Below, in pieces: positions 48,848 through 64,000 of a DNA stretch of 64,000 nt. Source of the DNA: the human T2T-CHM13v2.0 reference genome, Homo sapiens. How positions within the stretch are numbered: the stretch's first letter is position 1; every line of letters begins with the position of its first letter. The stretch lies in assembly GCF_009914755.1 (NCBI RefSeq), contig NC_060938.1; one strand, given 5' to 3'. The position numbers were made by a program, and so were the translations under genes. The notes below the pieces were generated by a model. That model did not search any database. It was not told the DNA's origin and was given only the letters and a program-made list of their open reading frames with translations.

Positions 48848-49237
48848 CTTCAAAACAAAAAGATACCTAGGTTTTATTTTAAAACTACTACCAAAACATG
48901 ATCTGAAGCATTTTCATAGTATGCATCAAGCATACAAATTTCTAGGTACTTACAGTTCCGCAAATTTCATTAGTGGACACATTCCGAAACTTACTTGCCA
49001 GACCTTGAGCACTACGAGCAACATCTGGGAATCCATTATCCTACATATTTTCTACATTAATTTAATACTTTGTGGTTTTTCAAGTGCTTTTAAAAATATG
49101 CTTTATTTAAGCTTTACTCTAAAAGCTAAAACTTTTATTGTTGCCTGCATTTTTTCATTGAGAGACAGGGAAAATAAATATCAAGACATTCAGTCCCCAA
49201 GTAAATGAAAAGCTGATACTTGAAAAACAGAACTCTT

Positions 49238-49576
49238 GGCTGGGCGCAGTGGCTCACGACTGTAATCCCAGCACTTTGGGAGGCAGAGGTGGGTGAATCA
49301 CAAGGTCAGGAGTTCGAGACCAGCCTGGCCAATATGGTGAAACCCCGTTACTACTAAAAATACAAAAATTAGCCAGGCGTGGTGGTGCATGCCTGTAGTC
49401 CCAGCTACTCGGGAAGCTGAGGCAGGAGAATCACTCGAACCCAGGAGGTGGAGGTTGAGGCAGGAGAATCACTTGAACCCAGGAGGCAGAGGGTGCAATA
49501 AGCCGAGATCACGCCACTGCACTCCAGCCTGGGCAATAGAGGGAGACTCCATCTCAAAAGAAAAAAAAAAAAAAAA
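49238..49576 (+). mobile_element. AluS with internal 38-bp tandem duplication
   Basis: Full dimer; AAAAACAGAACTC target duplication. Confidence 0.93.
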
Positions 49577-49673
49577 CAGAACTCACGTCCCTGATATGGT
49601 CCCAAACCTTTTCAGTAGTAAATCACCCTTCTAAATATCAACTTGAACTATACAGTGTACAATAAAGCCTTAC

Positions 49674-49825
49674 CTGATTAGATAAGTCATCTCCTCCTCC
49701 ATTTTGAATAGTATTATTTACTTGGTCATCTGGGAACCTTAATGTTGGTTTATTTTGGCAATTACTGTGGCACATGTTTAATTCTGTAGCTCCTGGTGAC
49801 TCACTGTGCTTATTACTCTTCAGTT
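49674..49825 (-). CDS. MIS18BP1: MIS18BP1 exon 9 (152 nt; LKSNKHSESPGATE...DDLSNQ)
   Basis: catag acceptor, CAG|gtaagg donor. Confidence 0.95.
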
Positions 49826-49906
49826 CTATGAATACAAAGATGGAGATTTCAATAAATGGTTATATAAAAGAGAAGCTGCTTTTCTACATGAAGAATTAAC
49901 TTTGAC

Positions 49907-50220
<314 letters not shown>

Positions 50221-51233
50221 TTATAATTTGACTAGGATATAAAGCAATTTTATTTGGAAAGAATCACTCTGTATAGCGCTACGCTACATTTTGTTTGAAT
50301 CACTTTTTTTCCTTCAAAAAAAATTTAAAAAGCCTAGACAGCCATATTATTCACGACCATCTGTTTTGGATCTCCTTTGTCACATCTAAAGACAGAATAG
50401 TAAGGTTAATCCATTTTGTAAATAAAAATTCCTGTTCATCCTAACTGCACATCAACTAAATAGAAAGCTAATAACTGTTCTTCTTCTATTTCTTCATGTA
50501 TGTAGAATTATGTTTCAACTAGTTTATGTACTCCAATGTATAACTAAATTTCTGTAATTAAAATTTTGAGCAAAACTAAATTATACAGTATATAATATAT
50601 GCTCAACAAACAGTTACTAAGCTGGAATTCTAGGTAAGTTAAAACAGATTCATAAAAAGTATAAAAACATTTTGTTATTTTTCTAGAAGCTATTCTTTAA
50701 AGATGTACTGACTAGTCCTTGCTCTTGAAAATATTACCATATAATGAAGGAAGCTTCTATTATGATAGGTCATTTATCATATACTCTGGTAAGTGTAATA
50801 ACAGAGATAAAGTGCTTTAAGAGCAATACTATGATACACAAGTACTTTTTAGGCAAATCATTAAAACACATACATAAAATTACATTATCTTAAATTAACA
50901 TGGGTTGGTACCTTTACATAACCTTAGCTATATAATGTTAGATGTGGTTTTGTTTTTTTCATGCAAAGTGCAATGATAATAATAAAATTAATAACAGCCC
51001 CAACCACCACTCAAAATAACTTACGTGATATGAAGATAGTGTCTAACAGTTTCATTAAGAAAAGATCTAATGAATTACACTAGAAAAATGATGCAATCAT
51101 AACAGAATATATTAATATTTGCCCCTAAACCAAGATCCCTGGGGGTGGGGGTGGGGGGAATCATGCCTTATTCATCTCTAAGTTCCTAAAACTTAATAGA
51201 CCAGGGTTCATGGAAAGCACTTTAAAAATGTTG

Positions 51234-51546
<313 letters not shown>

Positions 51547-52625
51547 CTATGGACACAGCTGGTATGTAAAATAGTTTACCAAACTTTAGTCTTTTAAATT
51601 TGTATTCATTTCTCTTGTCAATAGCTTTCTTAAACACTTTACTGATAATATTTGCAATTAAGATCAAATCCCTAATAAGTGCTGGCTCTAAGTGAAATGG
51701 GGTACAGGAAGAGGTAAGAACCAAGACTAAAGACCAACAAATGATTAAAAGTGAGATATACTGTCAAGGATTTTCTTGTTTTAGGAGTAAAAAAGTAGAG
51801 AGCAGGTGCCGAAGCCCCAAGGTTCCAGCATACTCAAGATGCTCCAGCAATAAAAATAGGCAATATGCCTAATTTAGAGAAAATAGGATGACTTTTGATA
51901 AAAAGAGGAAGGGTTGAGAAGGAACTAGGGCAATGGTAAGTGACTTTTTGCTAGCTCTGGGGAAGCAGTCATCTACATATTTAACGTATTCCTTTCTCTG
52001 CATTAGAAAGGATAAGCAAAGTTTCAAGGGTGGAAGTTCAAATGCGGGTTGGGGAGTGGTTAGAATAGGATACAGGTACATTTATATCCAGTATGGTGCT
52101 ATGTTTTTGGCAGAAGGATTCCTGAACTCTTTCAAGTTTTGGAAGTTCTGTAAAGCTCTTAGTTACAAGTTTAAGGCAAAATCAGCAGAAATGTTTACAA
52201 CATATTTTAGTAACTTTTACTCATCTATATTGTTTAGAAAGAGCTGTAAGTTAATGTTCATACATTTTTATACAAGTGAAGCAGATTATAGTGTTGGCAA
52301 AGAGCTGATACAGAACAGTTCTGCTCTGGCAAGTTGGTCTCCTTATTAAAAAAGAGAGAGGAAAAAAAGAACAGTTCTGCAATCTGTCGTTACAGCAATG
52401 GTCATTCAAGAAAAGCATTTTCTTGAATTCCATTTCTTCCATGAAAGGAAACAGATTTTGCCTATCCGTAGGAATGAAATTTAGTACAAAAATAATATAT
52501 GTCTTTACAACAGGTTTGCGGTAGGTTGGCAGCTTAAATACTTTGGGTCAAGGAAATTAAAAGAACAATCATCTTTCATTAATTTGTTTACCAGTGTTCT
52601 TTGGTATTCTGATTAATAAAAAGGT

Positions 52626-52931
52626 AATTATTATTATTATTATTTTTTGAGACAGTGCCTCACTCTGATGCCCAAACTGGAGTGTTGTAGCACAAACATG
52701 GTTCATTACAGCCTCAACCATCTGAGCTCAAGCGATCCTCCCACCTTAGCCTCTCAAGAAGATGGGAACACAAGCATGCACTACCATGTGTGGCTAATTT
52801 TTTTGACTTTTAGTAGAGACAGGGTCTCGTCATGTTATCCAGGCTGGTCTCAAACTCTTGAGCTCAAGCGATCCTTGCGCTTCAGCCTCCCAAAGTGCTG
52901 GGATTACAGGCATAAGTCACTGGGCCCAGGC
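52626..52931 (-). mobile_element. AluJ
   Basis: Reverse dimer with (TAT)n tail. Confidence 0.9.
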
Positions 52932-53151
52932 AAAGGTGGTATTTGATGAAGCAAGCTGAATCCTGACCATGATTAATCTGTATTATAGTTACTTCTCATA
53001 TAGTAGTGAAGAAGCAGGAATGTGGGGGCAGTATAAGTCAAAGAATACTATACTATACACATTACTACTATACACATTATAAACCATAAACAATGTAGAC
53101 CATGTAAGAACTTAACCACTGTACCAACAGAGAAGTAAAGACAAAACATAC

Positions 53152-53309
53152 CCAAATTATCACAATCAAAATCGTAAGTGGTGGTGGCTCTTTGAGCAGT
53201 ATCTGTTTGGTTTTCTCGTGCATCATTTTTCATTGATTTCCTTATGTCACGGACAGATCTTCCAGTTTTCTGTTTTTGTTTGGTCTTTTCCCTGTTCTTT
53301 TCACCAGCC
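53152..53309 (-). CDS. MIS18BP1: MIS18BP1 exon 8 (158 nt; AGEKNREKTKQKQK...YDFDCDNL)
   Basis: tttaaag acceptor, gtatgt donor; ORF 53048-53233. Confidence 0.95.
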
Positions 53310-53599
53310 CTTTAAAAACAATTATTTTATTTTTCCTTAATACTGATTCTCAAAAAAACAAAACAAAAAAAATCTTCATAAATAAATAAAAACCCCTCAC
53401 ATAAAGCTCTTTCCACCCAGGCAGGGTATCTTTAATCTTACATTATTAATCCTTCATGGCTTTCACTCCCTTCCTTCACAAAGAACTGAGGTGTAACATC
53501 TTAAGTCAGAGGACTCAAATATGATCTCCAAACTGCTTCCTACTATATGCTCTTATAATTCCTACTTAAACTGATATTATAGGAAAACTACAGGACAAC

Positions 53600-53782
53600 T
53601 GCCAGTTGCCTGTTTTTGTAAATGAAGTTTATTAAAACACTGCCATGCTAATTCATGTATATATTATCTACGGCTGCTCTTCTGCTACAAAGGCAGAGTT
53701 GAATAGCTGCAATAGGGGCAATATGCCTGCAAGAATATTATCTTTACAGAATATGCCCTTTACAGAAAAAAACTGCCAGCCC
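53600..53782. mobile_element. MER58A-like hAT-Charlie element
   Basis: gcctgtttttgtaaat...ggcagagttgaatagctgc motif. Confidence 0.7.
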
Positions 53783-54146
53783 CCGTTACCAGTTATTATA
53801 TTTGTGCTGTGATTAAGTTTAAAGTCCGTATCCCCTATGAGCTCCACAAGGGCAAGAATAAATCAAATTCTTCTGTCTTTCACCAGCATCAACTATAGTG
53901 TCTGTAAAGTAGCAGACACTCCATAACTACTGAGAAAATGAATGAAAAAAAAAGGAGGAAGAACTGCACATTAGTATTTAATAACTGCATGCCTTCTGAA
54001 GGGTAAATGATTAGAATTACTCTTTGACATATGTCAAAAGTTTTATTTTCCTTTGAGATTTACTAAATACAACAGAAGTTCTAGTAAAATGTTATTGCTT
54101 CTGAAATGCTTCACAGACCAAAGCAAACTCCAAAACTGGCATTTCA

Positions 54147-54502
<356 letters not shown>

Positions 54503-54523
54503 TTAAATGTAAATTGTACCTCA

Positions 54524-54681
54524 GGCCAGGCACAGTGGCTCATGCCTGTAATCCCAACACTTTGGGAGGCTGAGACAGGCGGATCACTTGTAGCCAGGAG
54601 TTCGAGACCAGTCTGGCCAACATGACGAAACCCCATCTCTATTAAAAATACAAAAATTAGCTGGACATGGTGGCACACACA
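54524..54681 (+). mobile_element. 3'-truncated, tail-less Alu
   Basis: Left arm, linker and about 25 nt of right arm only. Confidence 0.9.
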
Positions 54682-54742
54682 TAATTAAATGTAAATTATA
54701 TCTCAATAAAGTTGACTTCTAAAAACATAAAACAACATTTTA

Positions 54743-54835
<93 letters not shown>

Positions 54836-54889
54836 TTAAGGATAAACAACAACAAAAAGTATTTAAAAGCCTAGAATTTTAAACAGATA

Positions 54890-56870
54890 TCATTAATTCA
54901 TTACATCATTCAAGAAATATGCACCTATTGCTTAATATGTGCCAGGTACTATTATAGATATTCAGAATTCGGCAGTAAACAAAGCAGACAAAAACTCCTA
55001 TCCTCATGGAACTTGGCTTCTAATGTGGAAAAAAGTAGCTAACCAATAAGTACAATATCTTGTTTGTTAGATGGCTATGCAGGGACGGTGGACAGGTGTA
55101 TCGATATGTCCATGGGGGAGTAAAGGGGTGAACAGCAATTTAAAAAAGGATAATCAGGGAAGTCTTCAATGAAATAGCATCATTTGAACAAAGTGATTGA
55201 GCTATGTGGCAATATTGGGTTAGAATACTGGAAACAAAACATAAAGGGAAAGGCAAGAGTATACCTGGCCTGTTTGAAACAATTAGGAGTCCAGTATACT
55301 TGAAGTGGCATGAGGAGGGGGTTAGAACTTGGGAGGCCACTCAGATGGGTAACAGAGGCAGTAGGAAGCATGAGAGATTATAATATAAGGCCTTAGAGTC
55401 ATTTTATAGAACTGACCATTTACTTTGGACAAGATGAGAAGCTATGGAAAGATTCCAAGCAGAGGAGCTACAGGATCTAATTTACTTTAACTGGACTGCT
55501 AAAGCAAACTGCTATTTTGAGAAGAACCTGTGGAAGAGCAAGGGAAGAAAGAATGAGACCAGTTAGGAGGCCACTGTAATGATACAAACAAATTATGAGG
55601 AAAGTCTGGACTACAGTGATGCTGCAGAGGTCTGAGTTTGGGATATATTTTGGAGATATATTAATAGGATGTACTGACACACACACACTGATGTGGGTAT
55701 GAGAGAAACTGAGAATTTAAGGATGCCTCCAAGAATTCTGGCTACTGGACACATGGAAAGATGGGGAAGAATATAGGTTAAGCAAATTTAAGGGAGAAGA
55801 TCAGGTTTTAGATTTATTAAGTTTGAAATGCCTACAGACATCCTAGTGGAGATGTCAAATAAGCAGGTGGAAAATGAATTGGGTACTAAGGGGAGAGGTC
55901 TTGGTTTGAGATATAAAATTGGCATTCATCATCATATAAATTATATTTAATGACTAAAAGGAATCAGCATACCACGCAGTGTATTAAAAGAAAGAGCCCC
56001 AAGCTACCCCATTATTAGAAAAAATGGAGAAATACACAAAGAAACTAAGAAGGAAGAGGCAGTCAGGCAGCATAAAAATTGGAATATGGTATTAGAGAAG
56101 CTAAGTAAAGTATTTCAAAAAGGTAAGTATGATTAACTCTGTTCAAAGTGTATACTGAATGTAGCAATGTGGAGGCCACTGGTGACTTTGATACAGGTTG
56201 TTTTGGTGAAGAACTGGAGGTTAAAGAGAATTCAAGAAAAAAAAAAAGAAAATTCAAGAGAAATTAGATTTACAGAAGTAAATGTAAACAAACTATATGA
56301 ATTGTTTTGCTATAAATGAGAGCAATACTGGCTAAAAGGAGAAATGTGGTTAAAAGAGAAATAAAAAAAAAAAGGAGAAGGGAGTGTTACTGGAATAACA
56401 TCCTTGAGTAAAAGAGAAAATGAGAGCTAGTGTACAAATGGAGAGGCTGACATAGACAGTAACGTGCTAGTTCATCCATAATAAAAGCAGGTGTTAATCC
56501 AAGCAGGTGAGTAGATGTGGTAAAGAAATATCCTGATTGTTCCTCTTGCTCAGGTGCTCTGCCCTCTCCCCTACTTTGCCCATCTGAGAGAGGGTAAAAA
56601 GGAGGAGGTATTGGAGATTTGTCAAAATATGAAGGAGTCATCAGGAAGGTTGGGAGAGTGAATGAATTAGGGAAATATGGTAGGATACCAAGCAGCACCA
56701 AGAAACCACTAAGGGACTGTAACTTGTTGCTAGTAAACATAAATTTAGACTACTTGGATGTGTTTTTCTCCAGTTATATTCAGCTGTGTGCAAGGCATAG
56801 GTGGAAAATTAGGTTACACCAGGACTGGGGTGGTGCCAGGTGGGTTCAACAAAGAGAGGAATCAGGGAGT
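54890..56870 (-). mobile_element. L2 fragment
   Basis: cattc/aatatgtgccagg 3'-end motif and purine-rich body; boundaries approximate. Confidence 0.65.
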
Positions 56871-56930
56871 TAAATGATATTCTTATAACATAATTCCTTG
56901 TAAATAAGGAGTATTTCATTTGATATTTTA

Positions 56931-57664
<734 letters not shown>

Positions 57665-57819
57665 TCAGAAAAAAAATTACCAGTTTTATATAATATCAGT
57701 TGTTTTGATTTATTCATAATTTAAAAATACCTAATTAAAAGTTAAAAAAATGTGTATTACTGTGAGAAACATGGTTAACTGCTTTACTTCTTAAAATAAC
57801 TTATCAATAATGACAGTCA

Positions 57820-58029
<210 letters not shown>

Positions 58030-59023
58030 TTAGCTACAGCAACACTAAGAATGTTATTAGTCTAATTACAAAATATTTGAAGGCCAAACATTACAGCAGA
58101 ACTCAACTGCTTGGCTATTGTAATCCTCAGATTATGTACCAAAAAAACTATACTGTGGCCAAACCATGTCCCTCCTACAAAATATTATTAGTAAGGGAGC
58201 AGAGGCCTTGTCTCAGTATCTGATGCTGGCAATAAATACTTGCAGCTTCAGCTTAACTGATGCTAAGCTTCCAAAGAATGATCTCCCTGTTCCTCTCCTT
58301 CAGGGTCTATACTGTGTTAGCTTTTATGCAGAAAGTAGATTGGATCCAGCTAATCTGGTGTTTTTTCACCCTGGCTATACAGCCAAATGTTTTTACCTTT
58401 CATTTTGGAAGGTACCAAATGAGGTTTAAGTGGGGAAAAAAGAAATTACTGTATCAAATCACTGACCCATAAATCTATTCTTTATATTTCTTTAAAGAAT
58501 ATGAAATAGAAAAAAATATGAAGATGTATTAGATAAATGATGAACACTGTCCCATTCATCAGATAACTAATAATAATAAACATACTGATGATAAGCATGA
58601 CGAATAAGGAAATCAAGTTACTTTTCTTTGGTCAACTGGGATTAAACTCACACATTATACCTTAATACAGTATTACTTCTCTTCAATTCTCTTTTGCTTT
58701 ATTTACTTATTTAAGAAACTTTTAAATAACACTCAAAAAGCACTGTTCTCTAGCCTTTCATTTAATCCTCAGCACAACTAACTAGGTAAGTAATACCATT
58801 ATCCATATTGCACAAATGAAGAAACTGAGACTGACAGGGGATAAATAACTTGTCCAGGTAATACAGATAGTAGGCAGCAGCAATGGAATTCCAACAAAGG
58901 CAATCTACACTGCATCTTTAATAGTAAGGAAATGGGCATAAAGCAGACAGATAAAGAATGGACAATACAGATTTTACACATTCACTTATAAACTTACATA
59001 TGAGTACCTTAAACAGTTATAAC

Positions 59024-59076
59024 TTTTTTTTTTTTTTTTTTTGAGACAGAGTCTCGCTCTGTCACCCAGGCTGGAG
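59024..59076 (-). mobile_element. Severely 5'-truncated Alu (34 nt + T19)
   Basis: AACAGTTATAAC target duplication. Confidence 0.88.
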
Positions 59077-59658
59077 AACAGTTATAACCTTTTATTACAA
59101 ATATTTGTAGCACTAAGAAACTGGTCTTGAAGAATAGGAAATGGTGCTAATAGAGTAGCAGAATTAGGTAAAGCCCACTTACCTGGTGATGCTCTCACTT
59201 TAGGGAGAACCAGAAAGTGCCAATGATTACTTAATATGTAGCCGTATGGCAAAGTTTTAAGTAATTTTGATTCCTTTTCTGGATCAGTAATTTATATCTG
59301 GTTGTCCCAATTTAGATGTGAGAATCTGGACTGAAATGCATGTAGTAAATATTAACTGATCATATATAATTAAGCAGATAATACCAGTCCACTTATTAGC
59401 ACCTCAGAAAAAAATAAACCACTATACAAATTTGAACTGTCATTATTTTAAGAAAAACTTGAGTAAACATGCAAAAACAAGAAAGCTGGTAGCAATCAAC
59501 ATGGCTAGGACCTGCACAGTAATTTTACTTTTTTGCCTTCAGTTCATAACCTTGTTAGGTCTTTGCTTTGTGGAGGATGCTATTTCTCATGCATTAACTC
59601 TTAAGTGCTTACACATAACTAAAGTTTTATTAAAAGAATAATGAAATAGTATACTTAC

Positions 59659-59732
59659 ATCAATTTTCCTTCTACACATATAGCAGTATTATTATTGATG
59701 CTTTTAATCATCCATTCCTGTAGCTGAACTAC
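59659..59732 (-). CDS. MIS18BP1: MIS18BP1 exon 5 (74 nt; VVQLQEWMIKSINNNTAICVEGKL, start of SANTA); earlier exons lie beyond the window
   Basis: ttag acceptor, gtaagt donor; LxxW SANTA start. Confidence 0.96.
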
Positions 59733-60557
59733 CTAATCAAGTATAAAACAAAGAACATATTTCCTGTATTACTTGCAGCACAAGCATTACAAAATTAACT
59801 TACATTAAAAGAAAAAACTTGTCTAAGTAATCCAAATATTCCTTAGTGTCATCGATGTAAGATTCACATTCTATTCTAAATAGCAATAGGTAAAATTCTT
59901 GTATACAATGAAACAGAAAAGAAAAGACTGAATTCAGGTTGTATTGCATTTGTTCTACAATCAAGAAGCAATTATACTTCAAATACTCTATCACCAAATC
60001 TCAACTGGTGGGGACAAAAATCATGTAAAATCCCAAGGTACAGATTAAAACACCAAGTCCTGCAAAAAGCCCAGTAACTTGGAGTGAAAAGGAGTTAGCT
60101 ATGTTTTGTCCTTAAAAAATTAAGAGTTTTTTTTTTTTTTGTAAAGTTTAGACCTGTATTCCAATTTTCTACAAACTAAAAAGGTAACTGCTGGTAATCT
60201 AGATTTAACAGTATTTTATTCCAAAGTAAACATCTGAATAGCTCAGAGAACTCTTTATTATCTTACTACAAGTAAAATATCATTCTAATGGAAAACATTT
60301 TATGACAATCTATGCAAAGAAATTCTTGAATATAAATTTCATAAAATTTAAGATTGAACTACTTCTGATGAGAAAAAAAGTCAAAATTTATGGAATAATT
60401 TGAGTGGCAATTTACTTTATATGTAAAGTTACACATTTACAAATAAAAACAAATTCTCCAGTGGTAGTTTTATACTGAGTCAGGAAAAGACATTAAAATG
60501 GGACAGTCTTTGTTATGGCACATGTTGATTATGTTCATTTAAAAAATTATAGGTGAT

Positions 60558-60833
60558 GGCTGAGGACAGTTGCTTAAACCTGTAATCCCAGAACTTTGGG
60601 AGGCCAAGTCGGGAGAACTGTTTGAGCCTAGGAGTTCAAGACCAGCCTGGGCAACATAGTAAGATTCCAAAAAAAAGTTTAAAAATTAGCTGGGTGTGGT
60701 GGTACACACCTGTAGTCCCAGCTACTGGAGAGGCAGAGGTGGGAGGATCACTTGAGCTTGGGAGGTCGAGGCTTCAGTGAGCCTCAACAGGTGATGGAAC
60801 AAGACTCTGTCTCAAAAAGTAAATACATAAAAA
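60558..60833 (+). mobile_element. AluJ
   Basis: Diverged dimer. Confidence 0.88.
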
Positions 60834-61139
60834 TAAAAAATTATAAGTAGGATAGTTTATAAGCCATGGGTCTCAGTAGTAATGGCGAGGGGATCCACCA
60901 TCTTGTCTTACCCTCACCCAAGACACAAATATGGCTTCTGTTTTTAAGCCCCTTTTAAATGTTTCTTTCTGAAAAAAGTAAAAAATTATAGGTAGGACTT
61001 GGGGAAGTAACAGTAAATAATACTCTCTTTTTGCCTTCTCCCACATTTGGAACTACCTGAGATATATCAACGCACCAGTCAGATGGAGATAATAATCCTG
61101 TACCATACTATTATACTGCTTATATAAGATATCAAAATG

Positions 61140-62976
<1,837 letters not shown>

Positions 62977-63197
62977 CTAGCGAATATATTGAGATATAAA
63001 ACCATAACTGGTATGTCACTCTTTAAAATTTAGATGGCTACAAGGGAGGCTTAAGTGGGAGGATTGCTTGAGCCCAAAAGGCTGGCCTGGGCAACAGAGT
63101 AAGGCCTCATTTAAAAAATTAATTATTAATTAAAATTTAGATGGAATTTATACATGATCTCAACTTGATAACCACCATCATACATTTAAGAATTAAT

Positions 63198-63491
<294 letters not shown>

Positions 63492-64000
63492 TTAATTAAT
63501 GGGCAAACCTCTAACAATTGGAAATTTTACACTGCATCTTCCTCCTTAAGCTTGTATTTCCATTCCACTTCCTTCAGAGAATTTGTCCTAATGTAACAGT
63601 TTAATGCTCTAAAGTCTTTCATTGATTACTCTGTATTTAATTTGGGAAAAATTCTCAAATCTTCAGATGCTACAGTTCCTTTCTATCTTAATTAATCTAA
63701 CTATTTTAATAGTACTGTAAGTATCAGAAAAAAAAGAGTAGGAATGAATTCAATGTTCATCACCAAAAGGAACAAGTAAATTATTGAAGACTACACAACT
63801 AGTAATAGAGCAAAATAAGACTTAACATGTGGGTCTTCTTACATTCAACTCACTGTTCTTTTCACTATGTCACACTGTCACTGCAGTAAATAATAAAACA
63901 TGATAATGAAGACACTGTTAATAATGAAGCATACAGGTTCAAATCCTAGCTAGAAAAAAAATAATGAGAGAACATTAAAAGCTCAAGCTCTTGAAGAACG

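Noticed and set aside
51141-51158. G5TG5TG6 as G-quadruplex
   Set aside because: Only three G-runs; a canonical three-tier intramolecular G4 is not supported.

Overview
Human (or near-identical great-ape) genomic DNA, recognised as the chr14q21 FANCM / MIS18BP1 tail-to-tail locus. Plus strand: the last nine FANCM coding exons (15-23; acidic MM3 region, degenerate ERCC4 nuclease fold, HhH2), stop at 22014-22016, with a 3'UTR running into a sense THE1 LTR. Minus strand: MIS18BP1 (KNL2/M18BP1) coding exons 5-17 (SANTA and SANT domains, 751 codons), stop at 26120-26122, poly(A) signal at 25220-25225. All 22 exons have GT-AG borders and chain in frame. The rest is intron filled with about 40 Alus, L1/L2 fragments, DNA transposons and a nested ERV cluster including a HERV-K(HML-2) LTR5 solo LTR. 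Most ORF-track entries are Alu/LTR noise. I cannot support a wholly new gene system. The best leads are a 111/112-bp inverted duplication inside an old L2 (recent template switch), candidate poison exons in MIS18BP1, an in-frame 105-nt cassette exon candidate in FANCM, an LTR-donated FANCM poly(A) site, and several unusual retrotransposition scars. Repeat subfamily names and exon numbers are from memory, not from a search.
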